DNA from: Paecilomyces variotii
Lineage: Eukaryota
Length of the DNA stretch: 64,000 bases
NCBI GenBank assembly: GCA_004022145.1
Contig: RCNU01000010.1
Strand: one strand, 5' to 3'
The notes under the pieces are model-generated. The model did not search any database, was not told the DNA's origin, and saw nothing but the letters and a program-made list of their open reading frames with translations. The position numbers were made by a program, and so were the translations under genes. Below are positions 25,801 through 38,043 of this stretch, in pieces. Within the stretch, counting starts at the first letter, position 1; each line of letters begins with the position of its first letter.

Positions 25801-26231
25801 GCCTGGTGACGGTGCTGAAAGCTGCTCTCCATCGCAAAAAAGTCGTCCGCTTTAAGGTTGGTCTCGATCGAAGTGGCTCTTGCCGCTGCGCGCACAAGCA
25901 TTCTGACGACACCACAGCAGCGTCCGCGCCGTTTTCGTACCCCTCCACTCTTAGGGCTGTCATTTTGAGCAGATAGATTTATTCCACGGAATCCCCACCC
26001 ATGGTAGTGGCGGGCTCATATTCTTTCGACTTGTCGACCTCTCTCCACTGAAGTCTGCAGCGGGCATCGCCTCTTTCTCCAGACCCGAGTAGTTATTTAG
26101 CAAAGACCCATCGTTTCTGACCAGGATCGCCCGTCTGCAGCGTTTCCTCTTTTTCTGGTTGATAGCCGTTGCGGATATCCCGAGTTTGGGTCACTAGGCT
26201 TCTGCCGATCCAGTACCATCTCCGTCCTGTG

Positions 26232-28218
26232 ATGAGTGCTTCGACGTTTCCGGACGCTTCAGTTCCTCGCTCGGAATCGCAGAGGTTGGTCTTAAGATCC
26301 CTTCCTCTTGATCCCGACTCTTAACTCGAACTGTCCAGGGCTCCCACTGACCATGCTGAGCACTAATAGCGCTGACTTCGAGTTGACCATTCGCCAGCAG
26401 CCCGAGCGGGCGCGCGTGGCCGGCGGGAAAGAGAAAGGTAGGTGATCTCATCTGGTTGGAGATGGGTTGGAGACGGTTGCTTCTTTTGTGAAGAAGGACA
26501 GGCAGGGTTAACCTCGTGGACAGAGCGCAAGCCCGTCGATCCCCCGCCCATCGTTCAGCTCAGGGTTCGGGACGATAGCGGTTATCTCGCGCAGTAAGTC
26601 TTCTTCATGCTGGATAGCCGCGGTCCTGGGGGGAGTACTGACAGGTTCCAATCCAGGCACTATCTGCAGAGTCCTTATTATTTTATGTGCGTCAGTTTGT
26701 ACGATGCTACAGAGGATCGTCCAGCTCCAGTGCAACCATCTACAGCTCTAGCAGGAACGCTGGTTTCGTCTCTTCACCGACTGAAGGACGTTGACAATAC
26801 CGGTCAGTCATCCTAGGACGAAGGGGGGGAGACAAAGATTTGCGAAGAGCATCAATTAGACGCTGACTTTGGTGCTGTAGATGGTGGCTTCTTCGTCTTC
26901 GGTGACTTGTCCATCAAGGTGGAGGGTGAATTTCGACTGAAGTTCACCCTCTTCGAGATGCGAAAGTACGCTCTTCTTCAGCCTACAGAGCTTCTGGGCG
27001 GCAAAAACTGACTTCCTCTTTCTCAGGGACATCGTTGCCAATCTCAAATCCGTTATCTCCCAACGCTTCACGGGTCAGTATTCCCTTTTGGCACTCCCAG
27101 GACTGGGCCGACGTTGACTGGCTCAGTGTCGCCTCCAAAGAGCTTTCCTGGAATGGCGGAATCAACATTCTTGTCGAGATCTTTCGCGGATCAGGGTGTG
27201 AAGTTGAGGATCCGGAAAGAAGCTCGCACGATGGTGTGAGTGGAGCCCCCGTTGCTAAGACTGCGCAATCAATCACTAATCGTACGAAAGGAAACGGCCT
27301 CCAAGGCCTGAGGAATATCCCCAGCCTCTGCCTCCCCGATCTCCTGATCGTTCGGCAATGCAGATGCCAGGCCAATTTGCTGGTTACCCGGCAGCTGGTC
27401 GAGACTATAGTTCGTACTATGGTGGGCCTGTCAAGCGCCAAAGGACTTCTATTGATCTGGGGAGTAGAGGTATATATGATAACGATGGGCGGTTTGCACG
27501 GCAGATGGACGCATACCCTCAGGCAGCAGGCCTATACTCGAACCAGCCTGGGACGTATCAAACCCCGATGATGCAGGGCTATCCTACGGGACAGACTGCA
27601 GTACCTGACTATGCGGTTCGTCAGCCACAGCCTGGATCCAATGCAGCGTCATCTTACGGGTCCCCGGAAGATCCCATGCTCGCGATGAGGTCTCCCGGTG
27701 CCGGTTACATGACGCAGCAGCGTTATCCTGCTTACACGGGAGCACAGATTCCCTACGGTCTTCCTTCATCGGCCCAGGTCCCTCAGCTAGCTGATGCGGG
27801 CTCCCAGGGCCGATCAAGCCAGCAGGCGAATATGCAATCGCTCATGGCAGGCCAACCGGTAAATCAGCCCGCTACCCCTGTAAGGACAGTTGAATAGCGG
27901 ATAGTCCCCAGAATTGATGCTAAGAAGGATGACTCTTCGCAGGCATCCGACGCGACAGGGGCTATGATGCAGCAGACGTATCCACGGTCGCAACTACAGC
28001 AATCCAGCTCCACGATTTTGCCTCCTCTGCAGAGGAGTCGCGGGTATTCGCAAACGGCGAACGGTGCAGCTGCTCGAGGCTATTATGACCAATCCTCTCA
28101 AGGGGCTACGCCTATCCTTCCTTCGCAACCTGTTGCTCCGACAGATAGCGATCGCTACGGGGCCGGCGGCCAAGCGCCGTTTGATCACACTGGTTCTTCG
28201 AATGGGACTCCCAGGTAA
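26232..28218 (+). CDS. vosA: Velvet-domain regulator of spore maturation VosA, 8 coding exons
   Basis: [55 protein letters not shown].../[10 protein letters not shown]...[47 protein letters not shown]/.../[32 protein letters not shown] followed by a P/Q/Y-rich tail. Donors at 26285, 26438, 26594, 26803, 26966, 27074, 27236 and 27880; the intron 1 acceptor is ambiguous (26360 or 26369). Eight donors imply up to nine exons. Confidence 0.93.
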
Positions 28219-29188
28219 ATAATGTGCTCGGCTGAGTCTTAATGTGTCTTGGATCTTAAGTCTTCTGGAGAATGGCGATGGGTCCCATCGCCATGACCGA
28301 TGTATTGTTATGTCTTTCGTTCTTCTGGATAGACTGCGGGAAGGTGTTTAATGGGGTTACTGGCGGTATGGGTATGAGACGTGGGTGTCTCGGAACACAC
28401 AAAAGGTGGCTGTTTTCCCTTTCAAGGCAGATAAAAAGTCATTTCTATCCATCTGTACATATTTTTATCAGAAAACAAGTCGCTGACACAAATGGCCATG
28501 CGTCTCTATCATTATCTGGTAGTCCGACAGTTGCTAGAAATCTCGACTATAACTGATAGGAATACCGGAAGTTATTATGGTCCGCTCATACCACATGCGT
28601 TGCTTCACTAATGTCCAGAACTGATGGTAGATTCATCTCTCTGTTTAGATCACGCTGAAGAGTATACATACTAGTCTTTCCCCAGCTGCCTCGACCCAAT
28701 GATCCTGCCAGACCAGAACTTCCAGGTCATAGGGACCCTATTGTTCGAAATCTAAGCTCGTTGAAATAGAGACCCTCAAAAGACATGTCCAGTTGCCAAT
28801 ATGTGGGTTCTCTTGTGTGCTCATATAAGCTTAGATATATGTCCTGAGATGCGTCATCTAACATAGAAAAAGAGTCTGTCAGGCGAAGGACTATTCTCGA
28901 AAACTAAGCTTGGTGAGAGAATAACTAATTGATGTGCTTGCTGTTAGGGAGCTCCGTCCGGTAACTTCCTATTCATGATGTAGTGAATGTGGCATGGATG
29001 AAGGCAATCTCCATTCACTTTCCGCACCTGCCTCCCTTGAACACAACTTTCGACTCAGAAGTTTCGATTCTGATCTCATCCTCTCGAATTCGCCCAAAAG
29101 GAGTTCATTCTGTTCATTCTGATCTGCAATCAGCGTCTCCTTTCCTTGAATCAACTCTCTTCTGTCTCTGCAGCTTCCAGCAGTCAAT

Positions 29189-31257
29189 ATGGTGTGTGCG
29201 TTGCCGGTGACACCAAAGGTCACGAACCTTGAGATACGAGCGGACTGGGATGGCGATTCCAGACACCCACTTGATATTAGGGTGTCTTTCGAGGTAAGAA
29301 TGTTCATATAGGATCTTGGTTAGATTCCTAAAGATAACTCGAACAGGTTGCTGGCACTCCAAATGCGCTCTTACAACTCATCGATCTTAGGTCGCCAACG
29401 ATCGAGCTTAAGAAAGCGATTGCATACCGTATAGGATATTCTGAGAAATGCTACACTTACGAGCCTGAGCTTGGGTCTCCTCCATATTCTCCTGCCACGC
29501 CGGCCAAGACGACACCTATAATCGATGTGGATGAGGATGATGATACAGACTCTGAGAGTGGACAGACGACTGTGATCCATTTGACCTCAGAAAGATCATC
29601 ACCGGTGGTCGAAGATACATATGACAACAGAATGATCGGTGGCTTGGATGATACAGAAGACCAGGAAGAACCAGAGGTCGAACAAGATTCAAGGGGAAAC
29701 GAGGACACCAGTCCAAAAACCATCTCCTGCATAGAACCATATTCATGGCTGATGGACCCCAAGATCTTTATTTCAGAAGACTACTTATTCTTCCGAAACC
29801 CCATCAATACTCTTCCTGGGTCATACAAGGTTATCATCACTGCATCCATCAGGATGTCTACTAGGAAATCAAAAGGATGGCATGAGCTGGTTATATCAGG
29901 ACTTCCAAGGTTCAGGGGTGGGGATAGTGGATTCTTTCTCTTCCAAGTCCCGGAGGATGTTGGAATGGAATTTCGTACAACGAACTTGTGCAGATTCGAC
30001 ATTGTCGAGGACTGTTTCTGTGCTGAGTTTATTGGAGATCTGGTTGTTCCTTTTCGCCGTTGCAATTCCAAGTACTATGGAACAATCCGGAGTTTCACCG
30101 TGGACTATGACATCCGGGCGGATACTGCACCTCTAGGGCAAGATAACCTCTCGGGGATATCACTGACATACTACGCTGCCTGTTCATTAAAGACACACAA
30201 TTTCTGCTACATGTCGCAAAAATGCACCTTTCCTATTCACATCGAAGGTGGTCCTGATGGGAAGTTCAAGTGCAAACTGCAGCCACAGCAAGTGGACGTC
30301 CCAATTGTCCATCTCGAGACACACAACGAACACCCTACCGGCGTATCACAAATCGAAGTCATCTGTCCACCAAAAGACCTGAAACTTTTTATTGTGACCT
30401 GGACTCTCAAACTTCCCACGAGGTCATCGATCTGGCTGCCTAGGATCTATCGGCCCCTTTGTGGGCCTTATGGTCATGAGGGTGACTTTCTTCGATCCGA
30501 TATTTCCGAATGTCTCATCAGTGATCACCCATATCAAGAGCCTGAGAAAGATGGATTCAAATATCTATCGGAATTCTCCACATACCCTGAAGTGGGTGTA
30601 ATGCTGGACCATGACGATCCAGAATTGGAGGCGGTGCCGTGGCAACAACATCCCGATGTTAATATAGCGTCTTGTCCTCCGCTAGATCTTCATGAACAGT
30701 CACCATCGAAGTCCGAAACGGAGGCTGCTACTGTCCAAAGATGGGTGCTCACCAATATTCTAGTTCTGACGCTAATCGCATTACTCTTGGGTCTCAGTAT
30801 GGATCAATCGGCAGATATTAAGAGTCGTTTAGCCGTTCCTTCCTGGGCACAGATCCGCGGAGAAGAAGGACTGGACCTTGACAGGTCTAACGGAGGATTT
30901 TCTGTGATAAGAGATGGCTTAAACTGCTCTGCAGGTAGTGACACAAAAGTTGGTAAAGCGCAGATGTCCGCAGGGAACAGAAGTCGACATATAACAAGCG
31001 TGTTGCCCAATGTGGATCCTCATCTCTTCAACGGTATCGGTGAGTTAGGCAGAAGATTGCAAGCAATTACAGACAAGACTACAGCATCGAAAATTCAGGA
31101 AAGTAGTGTTTCGAAAGTGGAGGTCTACAGGAACATGTCTGGAGACGAAAGCCCAAACGTGAGACCAAGTGAGAGTCCATCTCAAAGTTTGGAACCGAAG
31201 TCCTTGAGAGACAAGCTGGACTACTTGTTGGGATGGAGAGGTCCATTTGGCCGCTAG
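29189..31257 (+). CDS. Hypothetical protein with one predicted TM helix; intron 29294-29346; true start uncertain
   Basis: The 576-aa ORF extends upstream in frame to an acceptor (AACAG 29346) and, through the GTAAGA donor, to an ATG at 29189; hydrophobic segment WVLTNILVLTLIALLLGLSM; ends LRDKLDYLLGWRGPFGR. No family recognised. Confidence 0.7.
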
Positions 31258-31940
31258 TGTATGATAGGACATGCTTGCGATCGGCGAGGCTGTCTCTGAG
31301 TTGATGGGTCTGAGATTTCCGGTTGAGATTCGCATATTCTCTTCATGTGTATTCAAATACGAGATATCCAGAAATAGAATTCATCCGTAATAAATATCTG
31401 CGTCCCGTTGTCGAATATAGGACCACTAGGATATTCTTTATTGCATGCGAAGTTCTTTCCTGCGTGAACGTAACTACCCAGGAGTAGATTCACTTTTACT
31501 TAATCTGCCACCTCTGAAAGAAACCCTGGACTTAATCCACAGGGAAGTATATCTTAAATTATTCTCACGTTTTACATTGACCCTACTGTAACGGCAAAAG
31601 GCTTGTGCAGCGTAACTAGTAGTGTTTGTGCTGTTCGTAAAAGCCCGAAGAGGAGACGCAATGCATATCATCGAAGGTGTAAAAGAAAAAGAGTTTCTGT
31701 TTTTTAAAGAAAATAAACAAAAAATTCATAGATCATCATACCAATAAGTATCTAGGTAGCCAAATTCTACACTAAGACGAATAACATAACAGTAAAATAA
31801 GTAGGTACTTTAAATCACCCGCTTCTCTCCTAAAGGAAAGGGGGTGGAAAACCACGCATGTGTTTTCTCGTGTCATTTGCATGAATTCCTTGCTCAGTTG
31901 CTTTTTTTGTATACTTTTTTTAGGAGGTCTGCTTTTTTTT

Positions 31941-33885
31941 TTACATCTGCTCGAAATACTTCTCCCATCCGAGCTCGCGGAGCTTGGTGCCCTTGAGTTC
32001 GAGGTTTTCTTTCTTAGCGTTCTCGGCGTAGGCTTCGACCTTGCGCTGGAGGGAGGGGTCGAATGAGCCTAGGAATCGGACAGCTAGGAGGGCGGCGTTG
32101 ATGCTGTTGTTGATACCGACGGTGGCGACGGGGACGCCTGGGGTATGTTGTTAGTGCTGTTCGCTTAGGGGGGGGGTGGATGGATTGGGATTAAGAAGGA
32201 TGGCTCTGGATATAAAGAGTGGAAAGGAAAGTAAGATTACGTACCACGTGGCATCTGGACAATACTGTAGAGGCTGTCGACGCCATCGAGAGCACTGCCC
32301 TTGACAGGGACGCCGATGACGGGGAGAGCAGTGTGCGCGGCGGCCATTCCGGGCAGGTGGGCAGCACCGCCTGCTGCGGCGATGATGACCTTGATACCGC
32401 GAGAAGCGGCTGAGGCGGCGTACTCGGCCATGTAGTTAGGAGTGCGGTGCGCAGAGGTGATTTCGACCTCGGGCTCGATGCCAAAGTAGTCTCGCAGAAG
32501 CTTAAGACCGGGGACCAGGGTCTTGAGGTCACTGTCAGAGCCCATGATCACTCCCACAGTCGGGCGAGGCTTGGAAGGACCGGACTTCACGGCCTTCGTC
32601 TTGATATCCGTACGCTGGGCACGGATCTCGTCAACGACGTCAATCAGGGGCTGAATGATGGTCTCTGCTTCCTGCAGAGTTGCGGCGGTGACGGTAACGT
32701 GGCCCATCTTGCGGCCAGGACGGGCATCACCCTTGCTGTAAAGGTGGATGCTGGCATTCGGTATCGAAAGGGCGTGCTCGGCCACCTTGAGGTGGGAGTC
32801 TGGCGTGGCACCGCCGATGATGTTGAGCATGATGGACGGCTGTCGGAGCTCAAGGCTCTTTTCAGGAATCGGGAGATCAAGGATGGCCCTGAGGTGAGTA
32901 TCAAACTGAGAAAGACCGCAGCCTTCAATGGTGTAGTGGCCAGAGTTGTGGATTCTGCTGGCCAGCTCACACAGCAGCAAGCTATCGTCTTCCAAGAGGA
33001 ACATCTCGACGCCGAACGCACCCTTGCCCTCGAAAGTAGCGACGGCTTTGCGGGCAAGCTCCTGGGCCTTCTGATTGATCTCTTCAGAGACATTGCGGGC
33101 AGGAGCATAGACGAGCTTGCATATCGAGTCCTCCTGGACGGTCTCCACTGTAGGGTAAGACAGAACACCGTCCTTGGTCTTGACAACCATGACTGCCAGT
33201 TCCTAAAATAATGTTAGAAGACTCCATTGATGGGAGAAAAGGTTTGATGCGAACCATCTTGAAATGAGCCCACTTCTCTGCATACAAGGGTCGGTCCTTG
33301 AGCGCTTCCAGAGCAGCGGGAATATCCTCTTTTGAGCGGACAACGTAGTTTCCTAATATCGTTGTAAGCGTACTGAATTTCTGAATAGAATAATATTCTA
33401 GAACAACATATCAACTCACCTCGGCCATCATACGCCAACGTCTTCGACTTCAGCATCAACGGATAACCCAATTTCTCGCCAATCTCGGCAAGTTCTTCCG
33501 GCGTATTCTTCACGAGCTCCAAGTAATCCGCCATGGGAATACCAAACTTCGAAAGATGCTTCTTCTGATTGTACTTATTCTGAATGATGCGAATTGCCTC
33601 CCAGCTCGGCTCCACCTTGACCTCCCCAGCAACTTCTTCCAGGGCATAGGTATCGACATGCTCAATCTCCGCCGTCAGGACATCTGACGACTGGGCCAGC
33701 TTGCGCACAGCCTCGGGGTCCTTGAACGAACCGACAACATGGCCGTCGTGAGAACTGATCTGCTTCGCGGGCGCGTTTTCAACATCCAGAACATTCATCT
33801 GGATGTTGAGTCGGTTCGCGGACTCGACGAGCATTCTGCCCAGTTGCCCACCTCCGAGCACGCCAACCTTGGGAGAGTTCCACAT
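31941..33885 (-). CDS. ADE2: Phosphoribosylaminoimidazole carboxylase (PurK-PurE fusion), 4 exons
   Basis: [51 protein letters not shown] and [19 protein letters not shown]; stop TAA at 31941-31943. Confidence 0.96.
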
Positions 33886-34026
33886 TGTTGCGAACCGACT
33901 CCGAAAAAATCAATGGAGGGAAAAGAAAAATAAAATCAACTATTTCGATACTGATAAGATGGATCGATCGATTCCTTCCAACTTATACACTCAGATAACG
34001 AAAAAGCACCCCGGCTGAGAAACTTA

Positions 34027-34094
34027 TGACTCTTTTCGATGTCCAAACCTGGCGGGCTGGTGGATCCAAAAAATTATCGATACAGTCACGTGAT
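34027..34094. promoter_or_regulatory. ADE2 promoter motifs: TGACTC (34027-34032) and E-box GTCACGTGAT (34085-34094)
   Basis: TGACTC is the core bound by Bas1 and Gcn4/CpcA-type factors at purine and amino-acid genes; CACGTG is a bHLH site. Both lie 140-210 bp upstream of the ATG. Confidence 0.45.
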
Positions 34095-37000
34095 ATGTGA
34101 AGTTAAATGAGATCGCTTTGGAGTTTCTCTACCATACCACAGTTGATGGAGGGATTTTCAGCAGGATAGGTGATATGAGAGATAGTCGAAATTCCTCTGA
34201 TCAGAGCATGCAGGAAAAGATTCGTGGCAGAGAGTAGCTTATGCAACAGTGTTCGAAATAATGAAGAAGAAAATCCGCCGCGGGGACCATTCCGCGGATC
34301 GGCCGAATCGGGAAACCGTACTTTTTTTTTGCCTTCTTTCCACTCGAAGGTCTGTTGTCAAGGACTCTTTATTCGATGGAGCCAATAATAGGCGTTTGAG
34401 CTGATATTATTCTTCATCTCCTCTGTTACTCTTTTCCACGCAAGTTTATAATGCGCCTGCTCCTGCTGACTTTGGGTGGTATTGGTAAGTTACCCCGCAA
34501 CTTCCTAATCCGGACAGAGTTCACCTTTGACTGCCAGTTGTTTGTTACTGGCTTTAACAATAATAATAAAGTGTCATGTATAGTTGAATCAGATGCATTT
34601 TCCCTTCGAAGGCTCTGTTCTCCTTTTCTTGGTGGGTAAAGTCCCAAGTAAGGGGGGTTTATACCGTGTCTGCAAGTCTGCAAATACTAGCCCACTTCTA
34701 TTTTTATAGACTCAAAGGAGCATTTGTTGCCACGCATCGGATTTTCCATAGTATCTTTCTTTACGAGGTTCCAAATAAAAATTGACTGCGTATTAATTGA
34801 CTGTAGTAGACGAGTGTGGGTGTAGTAACTGATGGCTACTGTCCTTGTTCGTGAAGAATAGATGAACCCAGTCTTGTATGGGTAATCATGTATAGACGTA
34901 TAGGAGCACAGTATAGACAGCCGAGGATAGTAGGAAATTAGCAAATATGTGATCAGCCGCATATCTACTCTTCAGTTCGTAGATCTTCGTAGATTTAAAA
35001 GTCTGTGCCATCGTACTTATACTTATACCTATTATTATTATTGTCTCCTGAGATTGGCACTTTTCCGGAGCTCCGGGGAGATATACGCATAGAGGGAAAG
35101 AGTACTCCGTACCTAGTCTATCTAGATAGCGTTCTAGCTCCGTCCTTTGATGCGGGTCATAGAACTTCTCCACAGTACTTACTATCTAAGTACAGTAATA
35201 CTGAAACTAGAGACAAGGGTCGTGCTTCCATCGTGAACAACCCGGCTCGGCCCAAGTTCGGATACCTATATCTACATACATAGTTACATACTGTATACAC
35301 ACCGAGCGCGAGACTCAGTAATGATCTGATGATGGAGCGGAACCGCTAAAGATAAATATTCGGAGACGCAGACTCGCCAGGACGCCCTGGTGGGTGTCAT
35401 TATTGACTCTGTTCCAGAGTGACGACGCCAGAAAATGAGTTGAAGACACGTCGTAGCGATTCCCACAGGCCATTGCCCCGCACCAGCGGGGCGAAGAGAG
35501 TTGAGAGAGTACCATAAACTGGGAGCGGTCAATTGTGAGTGTATATGGTGAATAATAATAGCACAGCACACACGCCAACTATTGCGCTGAGAAAAGCAAA
35601 TATGGTTGTTGCTCTTCAGGCAATTTATAAGGGAAAGCAGGCTCTAAGGTAAGACTGCTTGTATGGTTAGCTGTTTAACGTGTTGGCTCACATCAAGGTT
35701 AGACGGGCCGTTTCTCAGGGGACAGAGTTTGGACAGGAGGGAACGCTCCAGGGCAATAATATCATCACCCCACATCAGGCCAATATTGTCTCAACGTCGC
35801 GAAGTGCTGTTGCTGTCGATGGGTAAATGTCGCACCCGCTTGGATCTCCAGTAAGCGGAGAAAGCCCTGAGGTCACATATAAAACAAGATATTGATTTAT
35901 GCCGCAATCCGCGACAGCGTGGCCTCAAAGCAAGAGGCAGTGAGATTGTCATGTCGTAATAAACCCTGCAATCTCTATGCCAGCCATAGATACATAGTTA
36001 TGTTCGCAGGTTGTGTGGTATGGATCCTCAGAAGCCGATGCTTCCAGGCGTCAATCCGAAGGTGACGTCCAATCGGTATTCCATCAGAGGTTCTAGAATT
36101 CTGTCCAGGGCTCAGAAGCTCCATCATTCCCCCCTCAGTCCGTCGTTCGACATCGAATAATATTATGGATCTTCAGCAAGTCGTAGAGTAAATAGGAGCT
36201 AAGATCATTTCCTGACGGGAAGACCGGCAAGCCCGGCTAGGCTTAACAGACGCGCGCTGTCGCACGTCTCAGGATGCAACATCTGGAGCCCCTGTATCAT
36301 TAAAAATCATCATGATAATAATAGGCGGTGTGAGAGGGATGGGAAGAAAGAGGAATCATAGCACGATAGTCTTGCCGATACGGGAGATACGACTCGGGCT
36401 CCAGACCAACCCGATCCAGTAGAAATCGGAGCGCCATCCATCACTCACCACCACAACGCCAATAATGATCTCCCCACGCCGTTGGGGTCTCACGTTCGAG
36501 ACACTTGATGGTAAGTAATTCGTTATTGGCAAACAAGTGCTTCTGTCAGTCTACCTATCTACTGGCTTGAGGATACTGACGATGCATCCAGATGGCCCTT
36601 CGTCTCTCTTCGAGCAGACAGCTCTGCTGGTGCGGAGTTGACCACTATCTACTCCCCAGAGCCCCTGGACCCAGGTCATCCCCTCTTCCTAAACCGCAAA
36701 TAAATAACGGTGACCCGCTAGGCTTATCGACAAGGGGCACTATAGTCCAGTCGGGATAGATAGTGTACTCTCAATCTGAGAAGCTGCGGAGCGCAGGGAC
36801 TCGGAACAAGCCTCATCTGATCATCAACCACCAGCGGGATTCCTCTAACCGCTGTCGGAGCGGGTGGAGCAGAGAGAGGAAGATGTATGTACACCAGGAT
36901 GGTGAACGTGCCGCCGTCCGCGCGCCCTGCTCCATCTGACCAGGCTCGGCTGGAGATAATCACGCAGTGACGCCGGCAGTCATTCCACTAGAGCCTGGGC

Positions 37001-38043
37001 TTCCTCCACGCTTGCACGTAGCTCACAAAGCGCCCGTGTATGGTGTTTCACAGCCCCAGGATATAAAGGTCCGAAGACCGCCTCGTTTCCAGCAGGGAGT
37101 GATACTGCTGTCTGTTGCTTCTTCTCTGCTTACTTTTACCATAATCTACCACTAGTTTGGCTGAAAAGGTACGCGTCTCTATCTTATCCTGCCTGCTCTC
37201 TCCGTTTTGCCCACTATCCCGATCTACTGCCGCCCGCCACTCCTGTAGCGGATCATTCGGGGTTCTCTGGCGAAATCTGCATTCGAGTTCGAGTTCTTCG
37301 AGACTCCTCTTCGATGCGGATCGGCCGGTGACCATTGTCTAGTCTTTCTGAGTCTATTCGGAAGATTTTACCGGAGAACCAACCAAGGGGACGGTTAAGC
37401 TCCGCCTGCTGACGGCTCGTGGTCGATCTGGCCGTGATGCCCCGCCGGTCCCTGAACCAGACAACCAGGAGATGGCGTTGAACTTTTGAAGACACCGTGC
37501 TGAGGCTGCTGCTGCTGCTGTCTTATTGAGCCTCCGAGGCTCAGATGGCTGATGGCAGCAGTTTGCTGTGGCAGAGCTTGGCGCGAGATCTCTCTTGCAG
37601 ATCCAAATAGTGCCTTGAATGCGCGTGTCTTGTCTGTCGCGCAGGGTTCGGCCCTAGACAGATCAGATCCTCAACGAAACCAAATTAAAATGGTTGACTG
37701 GTTCGGCGCGGCTTCGGGGCTCTGGTTAAGCCGGGAAGCTGGGGAACCGCTAGACCTGGGGGGCGTTTGGCTAGCGACGGCTCGTCTTGGCTATTTCGAA
37801 GCGATGAAGCTGACTGGCGCACCAATATTATAGACTACTCGAGTACATTGGCAGCTCGACACTACCCGGCAAAAGATCCCGAATCGCCGCCGATTTACTC
37901 TATAGTCCTTCTGTTCCTGTGCCTGCCAACGTCACTCCAGATCTGAACTTTTTTGCGCGATCCACCCGACGAGAGGTCCATAAGAAGATCAAAGATCTCC
38001 CCGTTGACTCATCTGGTGGTTGATAACTACAACGCTTCCCACG

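Noticed and set aside
20803..25963. Numerous 60-175 aa ORFs upstream of vosA
   Set aside because: Overlapping on both strands, many with non-ATG starts, no codon bias or motifs; no transposase, reverse transcriptase, LTR or TIR seen.
32447..33211. 254-aa antisense ORF within ADE2
   Set aside because: Mirror of the sense codons; no recognisable domain.
19217..37900. Search of the long intergenic regions for telomerase RNA template, spliceosomal snRNAs, 5S rRNA and TPP riboswitch
   Set aside because: No TAACCCTAA-type template or diagnostic snRNA or riboswitch strings found by eye; an Rfam/Infernal scan would be decisive.
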